DNA of 64,000 nt from Clostridiales bacterium (GTDB lineage Bacteria; Bacillota; Clostridia; Christensenellales; CAG-138): contig SFCQ01000004.1 in assembly GCA_004558525.1 (NCBI GenBank), positions 15,345 to 79,344 of the forward strand, written 5' to 3'. Made by a program: the position numbers and the translations under genes. Below the pieces are notes generated by a model, which searched no databases, was not told the origin of the DNA, and saw only the letters and a program-made list of their open reading frames with translations. Below, one piece after another: positions 39,511 to 48,242 of this stretch. Position 1 is the stretch's first letter. Every line of letters starts with the position of its first letter.

Positions 39511-40273
39511 ATATTGCTATAACGCTGCCGCAGAATTCGCATTTTCCTGTGCTGTCCGGCACCACAACCGCGCCGCAGTATGGGCATTTTACGCTTGCCC
39601 TGGGCGCATTGGCGGCGGCTATATTCTCCCTTACGGTGCTGCGTATTTTTGTAAGCGCGTCGGAAATCTCCTTGCCAAGCTTTTCGTATTCAAGATAGTC
39701 TATGCTCTTGCGCGGGTCCACAGGCTTTGCAAAAGGCCCGCCGGCTACGTTGTTCATCTCGACCGAGCTTGAGTTGAGCTTGAAGCGCATCTCGTCAAAG
39801 TATGGGTGATTCACGCTGATTATAACGTAAAAATCATAGCTGTACTCATAACGGGGCGGGTTATAGCTCACTTCATTGCCTTCGCTGTCCTTACGCTTAA
39901 GCTCGCTGCGGGATTCGTCAACATCTACGCGGCAGCCTGTTACCTGAGAAAAATCGAGCACGTCCGGATTGGCTTCGATAAGGTTGCGCGCGCTCGTCAC
40001 CATGAACTTGCCCGCGTCCTCGTCAAGAAGCACCTTGGTGTTGTCGCCAAGCGCCCTCGTCGTATGGAAGGCAGCAACGGCGTTACGGTTCTCCTCGCGA
40101 TAATCAAGCTGTTCCTTTATCTCCTCAACCGTGCTTTGCCGCCTTTCCGAGAACCACGGCGAAAGCTTGGCGGCACAGTTTTTGCAAAGGTTGCCGTTTT
40201 GAAGCTTCCTGTTGCCAAAAAGGCCTATCTTTTCACCGCAAATGTCGCAGTATTTCTTGTCAAACAGTCCCAT
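39509..40273 (-). CDS. DUF4428-like protein with N- and C-terminal zinc ribbons
   Basis: AAGGAGG RBS. CDICGEK..CKNC at the N-terminus and CPYCGA..CEFCG at the C-terminus. Confidence 0.65.
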   Translation of the reverse strand: MGLFDKKYCDICGEKIGLFGNRKLQNGNLCKNCAAKLSPWFSERRQSTVEEIKEQLDYREENRNAVAAFHTTRALGDNTKVLLDEDAGKFMVTSARNLIEANPDVLDFSQVTGCRVDVDESRSELKRKDSEGNEVSYNPPRYEYSYDFYVIISVNHPYFDEMRFKLNSSSVEMNNVAGGPFAKPVDPRKSIDYLEYEKLGKEISDALTKIRSTVRENIAAANAPRASVKCPYCGAVVVPDSTGKCEFCGSVIAI

Positions 40274-40388
40274 AGTTGCCTCCTTTGGCTAATAAACTTA
40301 TGTATTATGAAAACTAAAGCGGATATCCTTATTTATGGCAGGCCGGCATCCGGCGCTAATGCCGGCCTGTTATACGTTATGATTCGGT

Positions 40389-40784
40389 TTACGCGGCCTT
40401 TTTGTTCATCACTGCGCCTATGAGGTACAGCACGGGTATTACAAGACCCGTAAGCAGGTTGACGATGCTGAAGTTATCAGGATTACCTACAAGGGTAAGC
40501 ACGTTTGAAAGTACGGAGAGGGCGATAACGATTATGCCCCATACCATGCAGGTGCCGGCCTTTTCAGGCTTGTTGCAGTTCTTTACGCCAACGATTCCGG
40601 CTATCAGCTCAAATATTGAGCCCACCAACATAAGTATTACGGCTGCCGTGTACTGCCATGTATTCAGGTCCAAAGCTGCAAGTGCGGCCAGGCCGATAGC
40701 GGCAACTATGGAAAGTATCAGCGCCAGCGCGCCGAATATTATCATCAGTATACCGGTTACTTTAAGAAATTTTGATCCCTTCAT
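40389..40784 (-). CDS. Small membrane protein (4 TM)
   Basis: AGGAGG RBS. 131 aa, almost entirely hydrophobic helices. Confidence 0.6.
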   Translation of the reverse strand: MKGSKFLKVTGILMIIFGALALILSIVAAIGLAALAALDLNTWQYTAAVILMLVGSIFELIAGIVGVKNCNKPEKAGTCMVWGIIVIALSVLSNVLTLVGNPDNFSIVNLLTGLVIPVLYLIGAVMNKKAA

Positions 40785-40869
40785 ATGGATTATGCCTCCT
40801 GTTATAGTTATATTGTTTTATCCATTGTATATATGTATTTGATAACGCGCCGTCAAATACCCTGATCAA

Positions 40870-41373
40870 TCAGTACTCCTGTGGTTTTTCCTTTATTTCT
40901 GCATTTTCTTCAACAAGCGATTCAAAGCATTCAACTATTTTTCTTGAGGCCTCGCCATAGCCCGTGGGGAAGCTGTTGCTGCCGTATGCATCGATGCTGC
41001 TCCCGTCCTCAAGGTTTATATGCAGACCAAAGCTCGAGCCGTCAAGCGCCATTTTGTTCACCTTGTCAAAGCCGTCCCATTCCTCAAGCTTATATTGCCT
41101 GGCTATCTCGCTAAGCGTGTCAAATGCGCTTTCATCAAGCTCAGCATCGGCCTCATAATAGCCGGCGTTCAAGTCTGCATGCAGCACAGCCTTACCGTTT
41201 TCCCTTGTAAGGGTATATGTATATATGCTATCCGTGCTCATGCCGCTTTGGGAATAGCTGAAGCTCGTTATCTTCACGTTATCCCAGTCCGCGCTCTTTT
41301 TGGCCTTACAGCCAAACAGCAAAGCCGCTGCCAACACCGCGATCACAGGTATTATTATCCAAAGCTTATTCAT
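40870..41373 (-). CDS. Lipoprotein of unknown function
   Basis: Lipobox LLFGC. The start is 3 nt after the upstream stop. Confidence 0.6.
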   Translation of the reverse strand: MNKLWIIIPVIAVLAAALLFGCKAKKSADWDNVKITSFSYSQSGMSTDSIYTYTLTRENGKAVLHADLNAGYYEADAELDESAFDTLSEIARQYKLEEWDGFDKVNKMALDGSSFGLHINLEDGSSIDAYGSNSFPTGYGEASRKIVECFESLVEENAEIKEKPQEY

Positions 41374-41376
41374 GCC

Positions 41377-43023
41377 TTATGCCCACGGATCCTCATTTGC
41401 AGGCGTGCGTATGCCCACAAGCACGCTTGAATACTCCCAAAGGTACCAGTTATCGCCCTTTTGCCTAAGCTTTATGCCGCGCGGAGAATCGGCTCCAGCG
41501 GTTTTCAGGTACAGGCGCATATAGCCCTCCTCGCAGTCCTGCGGCCTCATGTCGGGATAGAACTGTATTGTCAGCGGCTCATCCGGCTTATAGCTGTTTT
41601 GCGGAGCAGCGCCGTTAAAATAGGCGAGCGGCAGATACTTTTTGTCCCCAAGCCTGTCGCGCAGGAACTGGATATCCCTATTGCTCATGGCCCTCGGCCC
41701 GCGAAGCAGGTTCACCGCCTCCACGCCCGCGTCCTTATCCCGCGTGTACAGGTCAAGCGCAAGCATAAACAGTGCGCAGGTGTTTTCCGGCCTGGTCAGG
41801 TCTGTCGCCAGCGCGGCAAACTCGTTATAATCATTGGGCAATCTGTCAAATGTAACTTGCATATCCTTTACCTCCATCTTTACAGGTGCGGCCGCGTCTA
41901 TGGTTCCGGCTGCGGCGTCCGCGGCGCTTTCGTCAAGGCGCACCTCGCGTATCTCTATGATGTAATTGTTCTCAGTCTCCTCATCGCGGTAAGCTGTTAC
42001 CATGCACAGCATAGGCTCGCCGCTTTCCTCTATCCTGCGGGCAAGCTCCTCCGCTGAAACGAGCGCGTCTATGAACTCTCCGGCGGTCTCGTCCCGCTCC
42101 CTGACATAGGCCCTTGTGCGAAGGTCTGAGGCGTAGTACTCCTCGCACACCTCCTCGGCATTGTAAAGAACATAGCCATCCTTAAACAGCTCAGGGTCGC
42201 ACAGCTCTGCTATATAGCCCGGGCCGTTAGGGTCGGGCACGGCGTTTGCATAGCCAAGCTCCACCATCAGCGCCACGTCAAGCGCATCCTCATCGGCGGA
42301 AAGGCATATAACATCGTCCACAAGCAGTTGTACTCCCCTGCCCGAGTCAGGCGCCGCCTCGGACCAATGCGGCGAAACGTACGCAAGCATCGGCCCTTCG
42401 GCAAGGTATTTGTAGTTGTCGCTCAGCCTAAGCCGCCGCGTACCCTCATACGAGGTGTTGCGCATGAACAGCGAATTGCCCTGCTCCTCATCGTCCGGCC
42501 AACAGAAGCGCAGGGTATCTTCATCCACTATCTCAAACTCGTACTCGATATCAGGGTTTTCGCCCGTGTAGTCGGCCTCTATGAATATAAGCTTGTCGCC
42601 GCGCCGCTCATAGCGGCTGTACATTGTCTCCTGCCCGTTTTGCTCGTTATAATAGTATATGGGGTCGGTGAACACCCTGCCGCCGCCGTCAAAATAGTAT
42701 ATGTCCGGCGCAGCAATAAGGTTGTTCGGGTTCACGCATACCCACCAACCCTCAAGGAACAGATCAAGCTCCACGATTTCTGAAGGCAGAGGCGTTTCCT
42801 GCGGCTGCTTCTGCGTTTGAGCGGGAGCTGCGCTTTGTATGGGGTCGGTTCCCGCAGCTTCCGGTGTACTGGCAGTCTCGGGCAGCGGGGTAAGGCTTGC
42901 AAACGCCTTGCCAATATCGCCCGAAAGGCCGTTATCCTCATTGCCCACTATGCCGGATATGGCGGAGCAGCCGGCGCACAGCAGCATTATCGCAGCGATA
43001 AGCAGGGGCAGTATTCGCTTCAT
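41377..43023 (-). CDS. Lipoprotein of unknown function
   Basis: Second ATG (43023) preferred because AAGGAGAAA lies about 7 nt upstream. Lipobox LLCAGC. Confidence 0.6.
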   Translation of the reverse strand: MKRILPLLIAAIMLLCAGCSAISGIVGNEDNGLSGDIGKAFASLTPLPETASTPEAAGTDPIQSAAPAQTQKQPQETPLPSEIVELDLFLEGWWVCVNPNNLIAAPDIYYFDGGGRVFTDPIYYYNEQNGQETMYSRYERRGDKLIFIEADYTGENPDIEYEFEIVDEDTLRFCWPDDEEQGNSLFMRNTSYEGTRRLRLSDNYKYLAEGPMLAYVSPHWSEAAPDSGRGVQLLVDDVICLSADEDALDVALMVELGYANAVPDPNGPGYIAELCDPELFKDGYVLYNAEEVCEEYYASDLRTRAYVRERDETAGEFIDALVSAEELARRIEESGEPMLCMVTAYRDEETENNYIIEIREVRLDESAADAAAGTIDAAAPVKMEVKDMQVTFDRLPNDYNEFAALATDLTRPENTCALFMLALDLYTRDKDAGVEAVNLLRGPRAMSNRDIQFLRDRLGDKKYLPLAYFNGAAPQNSYKPDEPLTIQFYPDMRPQDCEEGYMRLYLKTAGADSPRGIKLRQKGDNWYLWEYSSVLVGIRTPANEDPWA

Positions 43024-43086
43024 CGTTTCTTTCTCCTTGTTCATCGTTGTGTGGCGCGCATGCGCCGGGCAAGCGTTTTTATTCGT

Positions 43087-43764
43087 TTATTTCTTAAACG
43101 GCAGATACGGTATCATCTGATTGGCAAGCTTTGCTATGGTCATGGTCTGCAAATGCACCTTGCCCGGACCGGTTATCACCGTATCAAACATGCCTTCCGA
43201 GCCGAACAGAACGTTCTTTATGCCCTTTACCATCTGAACGTCCATAGTGCAGGTATCGTCCATTATGGCAAGCACACCCGTATCGCATATGAGCTGTTCT
43301 CCAGGCATAAGGTCGTATTCCTGGCAGTAACCGTCCACCTCAAGGAATACAAGGCCCGGGCCGGTCACGCGCTGCATTATGAAGCCTTCGCCGCCGACAA
43401 GGCCCGCGCCGAGCTTCTTTTGAAAATGCATGGAAAGCTGCACGCCGTAGGTGGCGCACAGGAAGGCATGCTTCTGGCAGATTATGCTCTGCCCCGGCGC
43501 AAGCTCGCGCGCCACTATCCTTCCCGGGAAGGAGGATGCGAACGCTATCTCAGCCGCGCCCTGTGCGGTATACTTGCTCATAAACAGGCTTTCGCCCATG
43601 AACATGCGGCCTATGGCCTTACCCGCGCCGCCTTCGGCCTTGGCTTCGCTCAGCACCGGCCCGCGGGACCAGGTGCGCCCTCCGGCCTCGCTTATCATCG
43701 CTTCGCCCGGGCTAAGGTTGACTATTACGGCAGGCAGGCTACCGCCTTCGATCCTGTAATTCAT
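43087..43764 (-). CDS. TIGR00266/AIM24-family protein
   Basis: AAGGAGG RBS. 225 aa with the characteristic beta-rich pattern (GESLFMSKYTA, GEGFIMQRVTGPG.VFLE). Confidence 0.8.
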   Translation of the reverse strand: MNYRIEGGSLPAVIVNLSPGEAMISEAGGRTWSRGPVLSEAKAEGGAGKAIGRMFMGESLFMSKYTAQGAAEIAFASSFPGRIVARELAPGQSIICQKHAFLCATYGVQLSMHFQKKLGAGLVGGEGFIMQRVTGPGLVFLEVDGYCQEYDLMPGEQLICDTGVLAIMDDTCTMDVQMVKGIKNVLFGSEGMFDTVITGPGKVHLQTMTIAKLANQMIPYLPFKK

Positions 43765-43798
43765 GTCTGCCTCCTTGTAATACTTGTTTTATATGGTT

Positions 43799-45469
43799 TT
43801 ATTCCATTACATCGCTTGAATAGGTGCAGGAGCAGTACCACTCCTCGCCTTCGTCTATCTTGAAGGAGATATAGAGGAAGCTGCCGTTGCCGTTAGACCA
43901 CTTGTAGCTGTGCTTGGTATCATTCCATGTGTTTTCGCTGTCCTGCCAGGGTATGCCGTCGCTGCCAAGCGCCTCTACCACGTCCGCATAGTTTATCTGA
44001 TGATAGGTATTGGTCCTTATCTCCAGGAAACGCTGATACAGCGCGCGCATATCCTCAAGCGTGGCTTCGCCCGTGGCGCTTGGGTTGGACATGCCGTAAT
44101 CGCCGCTTGCGGTCTGGGTCGCGGCGCTGCCGCCCGCGGTCGCGGAGCCTTCCTCGGGTATCATGTCAAGGTCAAGCTGGAACAGCTTGGCAATATCCAT
44201 AAAGCTCATGCCCTTATAGTACTTTACGCCTTCCTTTTCAAGATAGGGATAATCGTTTTCATAATCCCACTCGTCGTCAAGATGCCTAAGGCACGCGACC
44301 ACCTTCATTACGTTGCCCTCGCCGTCGTCGACCGTGGCCAACACATACAGGCGGTTAAACTCCCCGTCATATTCTATGATGCTCTCCTCGCCGAGCATCT
44401 GCTCCATGAACAGGCCTTCTATATCAAAGTAGTGGTATTCGCCGTCGTCATACTCATGTGCCGCGCTGATGCTGAAGTTATACTGATTGGAGCCTTCAAA
44501 CGCCATGCCGACAAAGGGACGCAGCTCGCCCAACTCCTCATCGTATACTATACGGGCAAGCACCTCGCACTGGTTGCCGTTGTTGGCCTCATATATCCCG
44601 GTGCAATCATAATATTCCGCAACGCCGTGCCAGTCCCCAAGGTATCCCGCCACAAAATCGGCATCCGGCTTGGAGTTGCTGCCGCCCTGTCCAAAGGCTT
44701 CCGCAAGGCTGCCTGCCGTGCCGCCGTTGTTGGAGGAGAACACGTCGCTTGCTTCGGGCGCATAGGTGATGGTCATATCCTGATTGGCAAATTCCACCGT
44801 TACCAGCTCGCCATCCACGCTGAACGGGAACGTATCGCCTATTGCATCCGTTATCACGCCCGTCGCTTCATCATAGGTAATGCTTTCAGGCTCGTCGCCG
44901 CTGAAAGCAAGCATGCCGGTGCCGTCGCCATAGAACAGTACATAGCTGCCCTCCGCCATATCGCCCTCCACCAAATCGCTATAGGTGAGCGACTGGCCGG
45001 AAATGGTCATGCTGTATATGGTATAGTTGCCGTTGAGGCCGCTTGCAGACGTGCTCACGCCGCCGTTGCCGGTGCTCTTCACGGGCGTTACGCCCTCCTT
45101 GGCAAGGTGCATAATGGTTTCGCCGTACCTTATGTCCATTATGCCGTCCTTGATGGTGCCTTCCATGGTCTCCTCCATGCCAAGGAACGATACAGTGCCC
45201 TTGAAGTTATCGCCGTCCATGGTGTACTTGAAGTTAAGCTCAAGCCCGACGTTGTATACGCCCTTGCCGCCTTTTTTAAGCTCTATATAGCTTTCGCCGT
45301 ACGGCTCGTTGAAGCTTGCGCCGTTATCATAGCTTTCCTCGTAGCATATGTATTTGCCCGTCACGTCAGGACCTTTATCCTTTGAGCAGGCGCACAGCGC
45401 AATCAGCATCAGCGCCGATAGCGCAACGGCTACTATATTCCTGAATTTCTTCACTGTTTTATCCTCCAT
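43799..45469 (-). CDS. Lipoprotein of unknown function (paralogous modules with 45636..46889)
   Basis: Lipobox IALCAC. 556 aa. Confidence 0.65.
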   Translation of the reverse strand: MEDKTVKKFRNIVAVALSALMLIALCACSKDKGPDVTGKYICYEESYDNGASFNEPYGESYIELKKGGKGVYNVGLELNFKYTMDGDNFKGTVSFLGMEETMEGTIKDGIMDIRYGETIMHLAKEGVTPVKSTGNGGVSTSASGLNGNYTIYSMTISGQSLTYSDLVEGDMAEGSYVLFYGDGTGMLAFSGDEPESITYDEATGVITDAIGDTFPFSVDGELVTVEFANQDMTITYAPEASDVFSSNNGGTAGSLAEAFGQGGSNSKPDADFVAGYLGDWHGVAEYYDCTGIYEANNGNQCEVLARIVYDEELGELRPFVGMAFEGSNQYNFSISAAHEYDDGEYHYFDIEGLFMEQMLGEESIIEYDGEFNRLYVLATVDDGEGNVMKVVACLRHLDDEWDYENDYPYLEKEGVKYYKGMSFMDIAKLFQLDLDMIPEEGSATAGGSAATQTASGDYGMSNPSATGEATLEDMRALYQRFLEIRTNTYHQINYADVVEALGSDGIPWQDSENTWNDTKHSYKWSNGNGSFLYISFKIDEGEEWYCSCTYSSDVME

Positions 45470-45635
45470 ACATATTCCTTTTTAGCTTATTTTGCTTTTA
45501 TGGTAACGCTGTTTAGTATTGCATCGCCCTCGCTGCCAGGCTCTATGCCGGTGCAGGCGCGGTTGACTCCACAGGCGCGGCGGATTCAACGGGGGTCTGC
45601 GTCGTGGGCATTGTGGCGCCCGTGCCGCCGTAGCC

Positions 45636-46889
45636 TTAGGGCTCAAAGCCTATCGGAGGCATTTCGTCATTGGCAATGGACGCATTGTATGCATCCAGGG
45701 AGGGAGGTATAAGCGCGCCGTTGGCGGCCTCCTTTTCCCAGCTTGCTCCCCACTGCTTCATGAACATGGTGAAGCTGAACAGGCTGCCGTTTACGTCTAT
45801 ATCATCGCCCATGCAGTACTGATCAGGATAGTCGGGCATGGGCAGGAACATCCAGTTGTATGCGTTCATCTCTATGCCGCCCGCTATCGTGCCGCTTATG
45901 GCGTATAATCCGGACTCCTTAGCCTCGCACTGGGCTATGGCAAAAGCCTCGTCGGAGCCGGCAATGTACACCTCAAAGCTGCCTTTGCCGTCAGTGTCGA
46001 CGTTTACGAGCATATACGCATCGTAATTGCCATAGGATATGCTTGCAAAGTCGCCGGTAGCGTCTATAACATTCAGCACGCCGTACCATGTGCCGTTCCA
46101 TTTTGCCTGTATCTCGCTGGTCGCGTTATCCATGCCTGAACCGTCTGTCACATGCTCGCCGCCGTTTGCGGGGTCAGACTGTTCGCCGTTATTTACGGCG
46201 GCACCGCCTTCACGCTCTAACTTGAGCGTTACGCCCATATTCAGCACGTTTTCCAGCGTCATAACGCCGTTTTCGAGCGTACCGCTGCAATCAAGCCCGC
46301 CGCCGCTCACCTTCAGCGCTCCGTCCTCAAGCGTCCACTTGCCGCTGCTGCTATTGCCGTCAATGTTCAGCCTGCACTTGCCGCCGTCCTTAAGCTCTAT
46401 CGAGAAGCCGCCGCTCCAAATATCGGCCACGTTCATTTCCACGCCCCACATCTCTGCGGTCACGGCGTTGTATACGCCTGCGTTGGGGTCGGTGGACGCT
46501 TCGCCGCCCTTTCCGCCAAGCACCGCTATCAGCACCACGACAAGTATCACGGCCAGCACCGCGCCGCCTATTATAATAAGGGTTTTCTTGTTCATGGGCT
46601 TGGCCGAGGCCTTTGGAGCCTTCTGCCTGAGCTGCACAGGGGTCTGATAGTCCTGCTGAGGGGCCTGATAGCTGCCCTGCTGAGGAGCCTGATAGCTGCC
46701 CTGCTGAGGCTGCTCGAATCCGGCCGTAGTTGGCATGGTCTCGCCGTCCCTGTACTCACACGGACTATCTGCCGAATCCGGGTGATGCGGTGCCTCAGGC
46801 GCAGGCTTCGGAGTTATCTTAGCGCCGCATCCGGTGCAGAATTTGGCGTTGTCAGGTAACTGCTTGCCGCAGTTTGTGCAAAATGCCAT
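45636..46889 (-). CDS. Zinc-ribbon / single-TM / extracytoplasmic-domain protein
   Basis: GGAGG RBS. N-terminal CTNCG...CTGCG ribbon, Gln-rich repeats, and TM segment LIIIGGAVLAVILVVVLIAVL. Confidence 0.65.
   Translation of the reverse strand: MAFCTNCGKQLPDNAKFCTGCGAKITPKPAPEAPHHPDSADSPCEYRDGETMPTTAGFEQPQQGSYQAPQQGSYQAPQQDYQTPVQLRQKAPKASAKPMNKKTLIIIGGAVLAVILVVVLIAVLGGKGGEASTDPNAGVYNAVTAEMWGVEMNVADIWSGGFSIELKDGGKCRLNIDGNSSSGKWTLEDGALKVSGGGLDCSGTLENGVMTLENVLNMGVTLKLEREGGAAVNNGEQSDPANGGEHVTDGSGMDNATSEIQAKWNGTWYGVLNVIDATGDFASISYGNYDAYMLVNVDTDGKGSFEVYIAGSDEAFAIAQCEAKESGLYAISGTIAGGIEMNAYNWMFLPMPDYPDQYCMGDDIDVNGSLFSFTMFMKQWGASWEKEAANGALIPPSLDAYNASIANDEMPPIGFEP
46663..46710 (-). repeat. Two perfect 24-bp tandem units (plus one degenerate unit upstream) inside a CDS
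   Basis: GCCTGATAGCTGCCCTGCTGAGG+N occurs twice. It encodes QQGSYQAP repeats. Confidence 0.7.
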
Positions 46890-47058
46890 TTAATATAACC
46901 TCCTTCAGGTATTGTCTTTTTAATAAAACCGCCAAAGTCCGCCCTTTAGGGCGCGGACAAGCCGGCGAGCAGCATCAGGCACGCAAAATATGTTATTATA
47001 ATCTTTATAAGCTTACTCTTCACCCTGCCATCCTGCTTCAGCATTATGTGCTTTCGTC

Positions 47059-47439
47059 TTACATTGCGCAAAGCTTGGATATAAGGTATTCAAGGCTGGT
47101 ATCATAGAATATAAAGTCGTCTATGGTATTCGCCCGCTTGGCCTTCACCGCCAAGGCCACATATTCCTCGTCCGTTTCCGGACAAAGCAATATCAGTTTG
47201 CAGTCCGGCGTTTCTTTTCTAAGCCGTGTGCAAAGCGCAAGGCAATAGTCCATATCGTACTCGCCGCTTTCGGATACCTCTATAAGCGCGCAGGTCGCGC
47301 CGCTCCCGCGTATAACTATGCCTGCATCGGCATAATCCGGCTTGAAGCACATGCTTATGCCCTTTTCCTCCCTTACGAGCTTCATAAGGCTCTGCGCGAG
47401 TATTTTTCTCTTCATTATAAGCGCCACGGATTGCGACAT
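47059..47439 (-). CDS. Receiver-like (pseudo-receiver) single-domain protein
   Basis: ATG at 47439 with a GGGAGGAAG RBS. 126 aa with a beta-alpha periodicity like CheY. The acidic pocket (KR instead of DD) and the phospho-Asp (LIEVS) are replaced. Confidence 0.45.
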   Translation of the reverse strand: MSQSVALIMKRKILAQSLMKLVREEKGISMCFKPDYADAGIVIRGSGATCALIEVSESGEYDMDYCLALCTRLRKETPDCKLILLCPETDEEYVALAVKAKRANTIDDFIFYDTSLEYLISKLCAM

Positions 47440-47600
47440 AGCTGCTTCCTCCCACAACGGAACATTAAGGCCATCAGTAAATAGATTGGATATACAAACG
47501 CCGCTCCTGATATCGCTACAACGAATCATAGCATTATCTAAAGCGGCGCACATCACAGCTAACTGTTATTTTATATTGCGTCTTGTAATTTATAGACGTA

Positions 47601-48218
47601 TCAATACCTTGGGTTAATCCAGCCGTTGAGAATAACGTGGGCCACAAGCTCGCTGGTGCGCTCAAAGCCCATTTTTCCCGTTACGCTTTGTATATGCCTG
47701 TACAGCGTGTTTTCAGAAATCCCCATGCGCTCGGCAATCTCCTTTCTGCTCACTCCTTCGCATATAAGCCGCAGCGTTTCAAGCTCCCTTTCCGTTAGCG
47801 GCGCTTCACCCGGCTGCACGGGAATGGTCTTTTGCTGAGGAAAATACTGCTTGCCTTCTATAACGTCCCTTATCACCTGAACGAAGAACGGCATTGTCTG
47901 GCTCTTTTCAACAAACGCGTCCGCGCCGCTCTTCCTTGCCCTGGGCATATATGTCACCTCGTCATAGCCGGTCATGACGACCACCTTTATGCCTTCAAGC
48001 TCCTTTTTAATAAGCTCCGTAGCCTCAAGCCCGCTTGCGCCTTCCGCCGTGCATATATCCATAAGCACAAGATCGGGCCTTTTTTCGCGGCAGAATATGG
48101 GCGCAAGCTTAGCGTCCGATATGCTGCCGACAACTATCATATCATCGTATTCCTCAAGCGCGCTCCTGAAGGAGTCGCGTATCGCCGCGTGGTCGTCAAC
48201 TATAAGTATCTTTATCAT
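47601..48218 (-). CDS. LuxR/NarL-family response regulator
   Basis: ILIVDDH, LVLMDI (phospho-Asp), and a C-terminal HTH (LTERELETLRLICEGVSRKEIAERMGISENTLYRH). Confidence 0.9.
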   Translation of the reverse strand: MIKILIVDDHAAIRDSFRSALEEYDDMIVVGSISDAKLAPIFCREKRPDLVLMDICTAEGASGLEATELIKKELEGIKVVVMTGYDEVTYMPRARKSGADAFVEKSQTMPFFVQVIRDVIEGKQYFPQQKTIPVQPGEAPLTERELETLRLICEGVSRKEIAERMGISENTLYRHIQSVTGKMGFERTSELVAHVILNGWINPRY

Positions 48219-48242
48219 ATCCTTTGCTCCTCAAGGCTTGAT

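Noticed and set aside
45543-45635. 31 sense codons in frame after the TAA of gene 45636..46889 (GYGGTGATMPTTQTPVESAAPVESTAPAPA), with TMPTT also present near the protein's N-terminus. This could suggest read-through or a recent nonsense mutation.
   Set aside because: A stop-free run of 31 codons is not improbable in GC-rich sequence. The similarity to the N-terminal region is short and low-complexity, and there is no read-through context evidence.
46641-46710. A tandem 24-bp repeat that could be mistaken for a mini CRISPR or VNTR locus.
   Set aside because: There are only two perfect units plus one degenerate unit, with no spacers. They lie in frame inside a CDS and encode QQGSYQAP repeats.
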